Part shown: positions 16,276 to 22,301 of the stretch, in pieces
Position numbering within the stretch: the stretch's first letter is position 1
How the letters are laid out: every line of letters starts with the position of its first letter
Source of the DNA: Campylobacterota bacterium
GTDB lineage: Bacteria; Campylobacterota; Campylobacteria; Campylobacterales; Sulfurimonadaceae
Direction of reading: 5' to 3'
Length of the DNA: 22,301 nt
Assembly: GCA_034717975.1 (NCBI GenBank)
Contig: JAYEMF010000015.1
Coordinates: forward strand, 1 to 22,301
Translations under genes and position numbers: made by a program
The notes under the pieces: model-generated
Database searches by the model: none
Told to the model about the DNA's origin: nothing
Seen by the model: the letters and a program-made list of their open reading frames with translations, nothing else

Positions 16276-18358
16276 GTACCTAAAACTCTTCCATCCCAAA
16301 TCACTCTTCAGTACCAACCTCCTCTCCAAAGAACTTCAAGAAGATTACCTCCAGGCCGATGCATTTATGATCAAACTGATCTTCGTTCACTGGGTACTGG
16401 TCGCTACGATCAGCGGCTATGCCTACAACACCTACCTGCTTGGATTTGTCGGCGGCGGTCTGCTCTTTGGTATCAGCTATTTTGCCTACACCCGCTACAA
16501 AGGTGAAGAGATCTTTCGCAATATTGTAGCCATCGTACTGCTTAGTTTTACCATCATTACCATCCAGCAGCACCTTGGACGAATTGAAATGCACTTTCAT
16601 GTCTTTGTCGCCCTCTCCTTTCTGACCCGCTATAAAGATCTGACGCCGGTAACCATCGGATCGATTTTTATTGTTATCCATCACCTGATCTTTAACTATC
16701 TTCAGCTCTATAATGTTACATTTTTCGATATGCCGATCATGGTGTTCAGCTATGGATGTGGACTCGATATCGTCTTTCTTCATGGTTTTTTTGTCCTCTT
16801 CGAATGGCTGGTACTGGTCCCGATCATCCATCGTCAGGCTATTGATTTCATTGCACTTGTAGAGGCGAAATCTGCGGTAGAAAAGATCAATGAAAACCTG
16901 GAAATGCGTGTCAATGAACGTACTGAGGAGCTCAGAGAAGCCAAGATTGAAGCCGAATCAGCAAACAAGATGAAATCGGAATTTCTCGCCAACATGTCCC
17001 ATGAGATACGCACCCCGATGAATGCCATCATGGGATTTACAGATCTACTCGATAAGAATGTCACAGATGCAAAGGGAAAAAGTTATCTCAATTCCATCAA
17101 ATCAGGCAGTAAATCACTCCTGACAATCATCAATGATATTCTTGATCTCAGCAAGATCGAAGCCGGTAAACTGAAGATCGAGTACCATAATGTGCATCTT
17201 GAGAGCCTCTTTGAAGAGATTAAAAGTATCTTCGCTTTCAAGGCCAAAGAGAAGGCTCTTCGTTTTGAACTCTACATCGATCCGCAGATCCCGGAAGTAC
17301 TTATTTTGGACGAGGTACGCATCCGGCAGGTTCTTTTTAACCTCCTCAGCAATGCTCTCAAATTTACATCCGAAGGTGTGATAGAGCTAAGAGCTACAGC
17401 AAAAAGCACGCATGAAAATGACCTCAGTGTCCTCGATCTCACCTTTGAGGTCAAAGATAGCGGGATCGGGATTCCGGAAGATCAGCAAGCGGCAATCTTT
17501 GAGGATTTTGCTCAGCAAAATGGGCAGATGACGCGTGAATACGGGGGTACCGGTCTGGGGCTTTCCATCGTCAAACGCCTGCTTGGTCTGATGAATGGGA
17601 AGATCGATGTAGAGAGTGTTGCCGGAGAAGGAAGTACCTTCCGTATTGTTTTACATGATGTTTCTGTCAGTGCAACAAAACTCGAAGATGTCCATCAAGT
17701 GGGAATGCGCTACTCTTTTGAACCGGCGACAATCATTATAGCTGACGACATCGACCTTAATCGTCAATTGATTACCGAATACCTGCAGGATTTTCCATTT
17801 ACCATTATTGAGGCTACAAACGGTCTTGAAGCTGTTGATGCCCTCAATGATCATGTCGATCTGGTTCTCATGGACATCCGTATGCCGAAGATGGATGGCT
17901 ACGAAGCCACAAAAATCATCCAGTCAAAATCTGATGTTCCGGTACTTGCCCTGACTGCCTCTGTTGTTGAGTCTGAGGCAGTGGAAGAGAACAGGATATT
18001 TGACACTTTTTTGAAAAAACCTATCGGATATAGCGAACTGCTTCATGCCATCGGCACCTATCTTCCGCACACAGAGGAAAAAATCAAAACAGAACATCAT
18101 CATATTACCGATCTGACTCTCCCGGACCCACTTATTGCATCTCTGCGCGAAACATTGATACAATCTTTTGAAGAAGCACAAAAAGACGGAGATATGGAAC
18201 TTTACGGAGCATTGGCCGACGACTTGCTGAAAGTAGCTGAAAAAGCCGGGCATAATGAACTGAGTCTATTTGCCAAAGAGTTTAACGAGGCTATAGAAAA
18301 TTTTGATATCGAGACCATCGAAAAAAAGATGTATCAGTTTAATAGACTTCTTAAATAA
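16268..18358 (+). CDS. Hybrid sensor histidine kinase (multi-TM His-rich input, HisKA, HATPase, REC)
   Basis: [36 protein letters not shown] and GGTGLGL motifs, [17 protein letters not shown] start with AAGGAG RBS, 8-bp overlap with the SCO gene. Confidence 0.94.
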   Translation: MNEYLKLFHPKSLFSTNLLSKELQEDYLQADAFMIKLIFVHWVLVATISGYAYNTYLLGFVGGGLLFGISYFAYTRYKGEEIFRNIVAIVLLSFTIITIQQHLGRIEMHFHVFVALSFLTRYKDLTPVTIGSIFIVIHHLIFNYLQLYNVTFFDMPIMVFSYGCGLDIVFLHGFFVLFEWLVLVPIIHRQAIDFIALVEAKSAVEKINENLEMRVNERTEELREAKIEAESANKMKSEFLANMSHEIRTPMNAIMGFTDLLDKNVTDAKGKSYLNSIKSGSKSLLTIINDILDLSKIEAGKLKIEYHNVHLESLFEEIKSIFAFKAKEKALRFELYIDPQIPEVLILDEVRIRQVLFNLLSNALKFTSEGVIELRATAKSTHENDLSVLDLTFEVKDSGIGIPEDQQAAIFEDFAQQNGQMTREYGGTGLGLSIVKRLLGLMNGKIDVESVAGEGSTFRIVLHDVSVSATKLEDVHQVGMRYSFEPATIIIADDIDLNRQLITEYLQDFPFTIIEATNGLEAVDALNDHVDLVLMDIRMPKMDGYEATKIIQSKSDVPVLALTASVVESEAVEENRIFDTFLKKPIGYSELLHAIGTYLPHTEEKIKTEHHHITDLTLPDPLIASLRETLIQSFEEAQKDGDMELYGALADDLLKVAEKAGHNELSLFAKEFNEAIENFDIETIEKKMYQFNRLLK

Positions 18359-18390
18359 GACGTCTATCTGCTTTAGGGCACCTCTACTGA

Positions 18391-18870
18391 CTACTGTACA
18401 ATGAACTCTGTAAAATAGACCTCATTGATCTCTCCCTCTTTAACAATGCGATTGATACCTTTGGCGATCTCTTCTTTTAACTTCAATTTACCCTGAGCTG
18501 TACCGATCTCATCAAACCGTTTGGAGCTCATAGCTTTAATGACAGAGTCACGTATGAGAACATTTTTCAGTTTGAGTTCTTCAGATACATCTTCGTTGCT
18601 GGTACGTACCGTGATCTTCGTTTTCACAAAGCGCCGGTGTCCGCCTGTCAGGGTAGTATTGGTTGTAAAGTCACCCAGATGCACCATCTTTTTATCTTGC
18701 CAGTCAATGATAGGGACCCGGTGATAACCCGGACCTTTACTGACCGCTTTTTGCGGCAGTGACTTTGAGTGATCAACTTTGACCTCTTTAATAAGATAGG
18801 ACATTGAAAATGCTACAATGCCGATAATTATAAAAAGTAGTATCATTCTGCTTATTTTTTTAAAGTTCAT
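18391..18870 (-). CDS. fliL: Flagellar basal body-associated FliL family protein
   Basis: N-terminal TM, then LGDFTTN, IRDSVI, GKLKLKEEI and INEVYFTEFIVQ. The start is 18870 or 18885. Confidence 0.82.
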   Translation of the reverse strand: MNFKKISRMILLFIIIGIVAFSMSYLIKEVKVDHSKSLPQKAVSKGPGYHRVPIIDWQDKKMVHLGDFTTNTTLTGGHRRFVKTKITVRTSNEDVSEELKLKNVLIRDSVIKAMSSKRFDEIGTAQGKLKLKEEIAKGINRIVKEGEINEVYFTEFIVQ

Positions 18871-18920
18871 AAAATCATTATACATTAGAGTGATATCAAA
18901 AGTCTATATAAAGGGATAAA

Positions 18921-19022
18921 ATGGAAGATATGGGAAATGAGTGGTCAAGAGTTATTCTTTTTGTTGTCTTGATCGCTATCGTTGGATTTGTACTGACACG
19001 AAGCAAAGAGAAGAAAGATTAG
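18921..19022 (+). CDS. Unannotated 33-aa single-TM peptide MEDMGNEWSRVILFVVLIAIVGFVLTRSKEKKD
   Basis: AAGGGA RBS just upstream, a 15-aa hydrophobic core and a charged tail. It is shorter than any ORF in the supplied track. Confidence 0.6.
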   Translation: MEDMGNEWSRVILFVVLIAIVGFVLTRSKEKKD

Positions 19023-19056
19023 TTATAATCACTAAAAATAGATGGAGTAGCCTATA

Positions 19057-19278
19057 ATGACCAAAAAAGCACATTTAAAAATAGAAGAGAAGTATACCCT
19101 TGATCGTTCATGGTTTATCGTCTATCTGGTAGCATTTGTTTTTGGAGTTGTCTGGACACTGCTGGGTGAAAGTGATTTTAAAATCATTTATATAACAGTT
19201 GCCTTTACCTGTTTTCTCCGCGCCGGTATCAATATGGAGATGAGCGCCAGAGCCCTGCATGAAGATGACGCGCATTAA
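19057..19278 (+). CDS. Small two-TM membrane protein (73 aa), unknown function
   Basis: GGAG RBS, TATAAT at 19024-19029 and two hydrophobic segments. It fills the gap without overlap. Confidence 0.65.
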   Translation: MTKKAHLKIEEKYTLDRSWFIVYLVAFVFGVVWTLLGESDFKIIYITVAFTCFLRAGINMEMSARALHEDDAH

Positions 19279-19290
19279 AAAATAAAAGTC

Positions 19291-19617
19291 TTAGCGTTTT
19301 ACTTCACGCTGAAGATTACTCTCCACCGAAGCGATCTTCTGCCTCAGTCTGTCCTCTTTTCCTCTACGGATATCCAGTTTAAGTGACGAATAGACACGCT
19401 CACAATCATCACCGAGCTGATCATAAGCCTTTTGGACAACTTCCAAAGCTTCCGGCACTGATGACGTCTCGACAATCGTTCCCATCGGCGTTAACTGATA
19501 GTTGTAACCATCTTTATCGATCATATCGATGATACGACTGACATATTTTGAGACGGACGTACCATCACGACAATCTCCGCTGGTCGGAAACATCGCAAAC
19601 TCCAGTAAGACACTCAC
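19291..19617 (-). CDS. MTH1187/YqgV family thiamine-binding protein
   Basis: FAMFP...SVSKYV, YQLTPMGTIVE, RVYSSLKLDIR and KIASVE motifs. GTG start. Confidence 0.9.
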   Translation of the reverse strand: MSVLLEFAMFPTSGDCRDGTSVSKYVSRIIDMIDKDGYNYQLTPMGTIVETSSVPEALEVVQKAYDQLGDDCERVYSSLKLDIRRGKEDRLRQKIASVESNLQREVKR

Positions 19618-20063
19618 TCTTTTCCTCGCATTTGAGCCATATCGACAACACTGTTTTTACATCCCTCTTTTAGTGCATACTCCATAATAATAAAAAGACG
19701 GCTTGCCATATCGATCGCCGTATTTTCCTCTTCTGCAGGGGCAATAGCCACATAAAGATCCTGACGCAGATTGTGGTGATTTTGGTACTGATGCATAAAG
19801 TTCTGTGCTGCTTTGTAGGAGTTTTCCTGTGAGATAACATCATAGACAACCAGCATCAGGTTCTTTTCAAGCATATAGATGTTATCGCTCTGGCGGATAT
19901 GGGCAGTGCAAACATTCAAATCAATAGGATCATTCGAGTAGATCAGCAGTGAAGTGAAGGGAACATCATAACGTCTGTAGGAGTATACTTTATTCTCTAT
20001 CTGTTCAAGGATATGATCTCTATACTCCGGATATGAATCCCTGACCATTTGAAACGTTTTCAT
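19614..20063 (-). CDS. Hypothetical protein, probable degenerate GGDEF-fold domain
   Basis: The pattern RRY..PFTSLLI ... IRQSD ... YALKEGCKNSV parallels a GGDEF domain, but GG(D/E)EF is absent. AAGGGA RBS. Confidence 0.6.
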   Translation of the reverse strand: MKTFQMVRDSYPEYRDHILEQIENKVYSYRRYDVPFTSLLIYSNDPIDLNVCTAHIRQSDNIYMLEKNLMLVVYDVISQENSYKAAQNFMHQYQNHHNLRQDLYVAIAPAEEENTAIDMASRLFIIMEYALKEGCKNSVVDMAQMRGKE

Positions 20064-20082
20064 AAATTATTCCCTTCTGTGC

Positions 20083-20583
20083 TTAAACTAGATAGTCGGT
20101 GATCTCTGCCTTGATCCGCTGAAATATTGTTTCGAAATCGGTTGAATAGACCCGCGTCTCTCCAATGGCGGTAATAAAGTTGGTATCTCGTTCCCATCGC
20201 GGTACGAGATGCAGATGAATGTGTTCAGCAATCCCTGCTCCACCCGCTTTTCCAAGATTCATTCCTATATTGACACCTTGGGCACCAAACCCCTCTTTCA
20301 GCAGTCTCACACCCTTTTGTGCCAGATCACTCATATGCAGCCATACGTCACTCTCCAGCACTTCGAGTTTGTCGGTATGCTGATGAGGGATGATCATAAA
20401 GTGTCCGGGAGTGTAAGGATACTTATTCATGACTATGAAACATTTCTCATCACGATAGAGGACATGCAGCTTCTCATCATCTTCTGCGTGTGCAGTGATA
20501 TGACAGAACACACAGCCCTCGATCTTTTCAGCACCGGTTATATACTCAGTCCGCCAAGGTGCATATAAAATATCTTTCATCAT
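20083..20583 (-). CDS. HIT family hydrolase (Ap4A phosphorylase-like)
   Basis: LYAPWR, CVFC, NKYPYTPGH, GAGIAEHIHLHLVPRW histidine triad and DTNF. Confidence 0.93.
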   Translation of the reverse strand: MMKDILYAPWRTEYITGAEKIEGCVFCHITAHAEDDEKLHVLYRDEKCFIVMNKYPYTPGHFMIIPHQHTDKLEVLESDVWLHMSDLAQKGVRLLKEGFGAQGVNIGMNLGKAGGAGIAEHIHLHLVPRWERDTNFITAIGETRVYSTDFETIFQRIKAEITDYLV

Positions 20584-20595
20584 CTAAAGTATATC

Positions 20596-21879
20596 TTATA
20601 AAAATGCAAAAACAAGGTCAGGGAACAAAATGACGATCGCCAACCCCAGCATCTGTAACAAAATGAACGGTAAAACACCTTTATAAATCTCTATTGTGGT
20701 TACACTCTTGTGGGCTGCACCTTTTAGAAAAAAGAGCGCAAGTCCAAACGGCGGTGTTAAAAAAGATGCCTGAAGATTGAGTGCGATCAATACGGCAAAC
20801 CAGATCGGATCGATACCAAATGCCTCCATGACCGGTACCAGAATCGGTACGATAATAAATGAGATCTCGATAAAATCGATAAAAAAGCCAAGAATGAAGA
20901 TCGATAGCATCGCTATACCGATAAAGACCCAGACATCGCCGATATCCTGGCTGAAGAATTCCAGAACGAGATCGGTTCCGCCAAGTTCATTGAAGACCAG
21001 ACTGAAGGCGGTCGCACCGATAAGTATCATAAAGATCATGCCGCTCAGCTTAACGGTCTGCAGCATGGCATAGCCGAACATCTCCCTGGAGAGAGTACGG
21101 TTCATCAGGCTTAGCAGCATTGCACCGATCACCCCGAAAGCAGCTGATTCTGTCGGTGAAGCAATCCCAGCGAATATAGAGCCCAATACCGATACCATCA
21201 ACAGCATTGGCGGAACGACCGATTTGACAATTTCCAAAAACGTAACAGTGCTGTGCTCTTCAATGATCGGTGCCATCTCGGGTTTGATGTGGCTGATAAC
21301 AATGATATAGAAGATATAGAGGCCAACCAGTACCAGTCCCGGCAAAACCGCTCCCATAAAAAGATCACCGACACTTACACTCATCACATCACCCAAAATA
21401 ATAAGTATGATCGATGGCGGGATGATCTGTCCGAGCGTACCGCTTGCAGCCACCGTACCCGATGCCAGACCCTTGTCATAACCGGCTTGCAGCATCAGCG
21501 GCAGTGCAATCACACTCATCATCACCACAGAAGCACTGACAATTCCCGTCGATGCCGCCAAAATAGCCCCGACAATAACAACACTGACAGCCAATCCCCC
21601 GCGAACGGAACGCAGCAGCGCACTCATCGACATAAGCAGCCGCTCTGCCATCAGCGATTTTTCAAGCACCAACCCCATGGCAATAAAGAGGGGAACAGCC
21701 ATCAAGGTGCTATTGCCCATTATCCCGTAAATACGGAATGGCAGAACATTGAAAAGATCAAATCCAATATCTGGCACAAAAAAGGCAAAGGCTATTGCCA
21801 CAGCTCCAAAGACAAACGCAACGGGTATTCCGACCAACAGAAGGGTCAATGCCGCAATAAACATCAACAGGGCACTCAC
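20596..21879 (-). CDS. TRAP transporter large permease (DctM family)
   Basis: About 12 TM segments with AVPLFI.MG, GTLGQIIPPS, SPTESAA and SFLTPPFG motifs. Confidence 0.94.
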   Translation of the reverse strand: MSALLMFIAALTLLLVGIPVAFVFGAVAIAFAFFVPDIGFDLFNVLPFRIYGIMGNSTLMAVPLFIAMGLVLEKSLMAERLLMSMSALLRSVRGGLAVSVVIVGAILAASTGIVSASVVMMSVIALPLMLQAGYDKGLASGTVAASGTLGQIIPPSIILIILGDVMSVSVGDLFMGAVLPGLVLVGLYIFYIIVISHIKPEMAPIIEEHSTVTFLEIVKSVVPPMLLMVSVLGSIFAGIASPTESAAFGVIGAMLLSLMNRTLSREMFGYAMLQTVKLSGMIFMILIGATAFSLVFNELGGTDLVLEFFSQDIGDVWVFIGIAMLSIFILGFFIDFIEISFIIVPILVPVMEAFGIDPIWFAVLIALNLQASFLTPPFGLALFFLKGAAHKSVTTIEIYKGVLPFILLQMLGLAIVILFPDLVFAFL

Positions 21880-22301
21880 GATACACCCCTTAATGTTTTA
21901 ATGGCTTTGATGATCTCTGAGAGGCTCTGAAGGGCAAGCAGGACAAATGCAAGCGGCATCAAGGCTTTGACTACATAACGGTACGGCAAACCGCCAGGAT
22001 CGGAGGAGCTCTCCATCTGTTCAAAACTAAGTAGCACAAAGTCAAAACCGACGTAGATAATCAGGAGAGAGAAAGGAAGAATAAAAAGGATCGTGCCCAA
22101 CAGGTTGACGATGGCCTGGGTTTTCGGAGTGAAATGGTCATAAAAGATATCGACACGGACGTGGGCGTTCTCTTTGAGGGTATAGGCGATACCCAGCAGA
22201 ATAACGACATCAAAGAGATGCCACTCCAACTCCTGAAGCGCGATAGAACCAGAGTGAAACAGGTAGCGCACTGTCGCATCGTAGACGACAAGCATGATCA
22301 G
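21876..22301 (-). CDS. TRAP transporter small permease (DctQ family), 5' truncated by the window edge
   Basis: QELEWHLF, HVRVDIFY and SSDPGGLP motifs. The frame stays open to the window end. Confidence 0.92.
   Translation of the reverse strand: MIMLVVYDATVRYLFHSGSIALQELEWHLFDVVILLGIAYTLKENAHVRVDIFYDHFTPKTQAIVNLLGTILFILPFSLLIIYVGFDFVLLSFEQMESSSDPGGLPYRYVVKALMPLAFVLLALQSLSEIIKAIKTLRGVS

Overview
Chromosomal window from a Campylobacterota (epsilon-proteobacterial) genome. It is most like the Sulfurimonas group, inferred from protein style, TATAAT-type promoters without -35 boxes and the conserved gene orders ilvI-ilvH-lpxD, CoA-binding-ilvA and S4-tsaE-lptB-rpoN. Most genes are housekeeping and on the minus strand: lpxD, ilvH, ilvI, Ppx/GppA, a WD40 protein, ilvA, CoA-binding protein, gdhA, TIGR02757, rpoN, lptB, tsaE, trpD, S4 protein, FliL-like protein, MTH1187, HIT and TRAP permeases. 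The most unusual part is 14.2-18.4 kb. There a Sco/SenC copper chaperone gene overlaps a hybrid histidine kinase whose ~6-TM input domain is rich in intramembrane His/Met/Cys/Glu residues. The pair is divergent from a REC-PAS-HD-GYP c-di-GMP phosphodiesterase, so this is a candidate copper-cofactored sensing system wired to c-di-GMP. Other notable items are a clean sigma54 -24/-12 site (antisense to the HD-GYP gene and back-to-back with the rpoN-operon promoter), a probable degenerate GGDEF protein with an RxxD site, a beta-propeller plus helical-repeat protein, a structured heptamer-repeat insert that duplicates the rpoN start, a long structured ilvI leader, and an unannotated 33-aa membrane peptide. 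No rRNA, tRNA, CRISPR array or transposase was seen. All calls come from reading the sequence; no searches were run.
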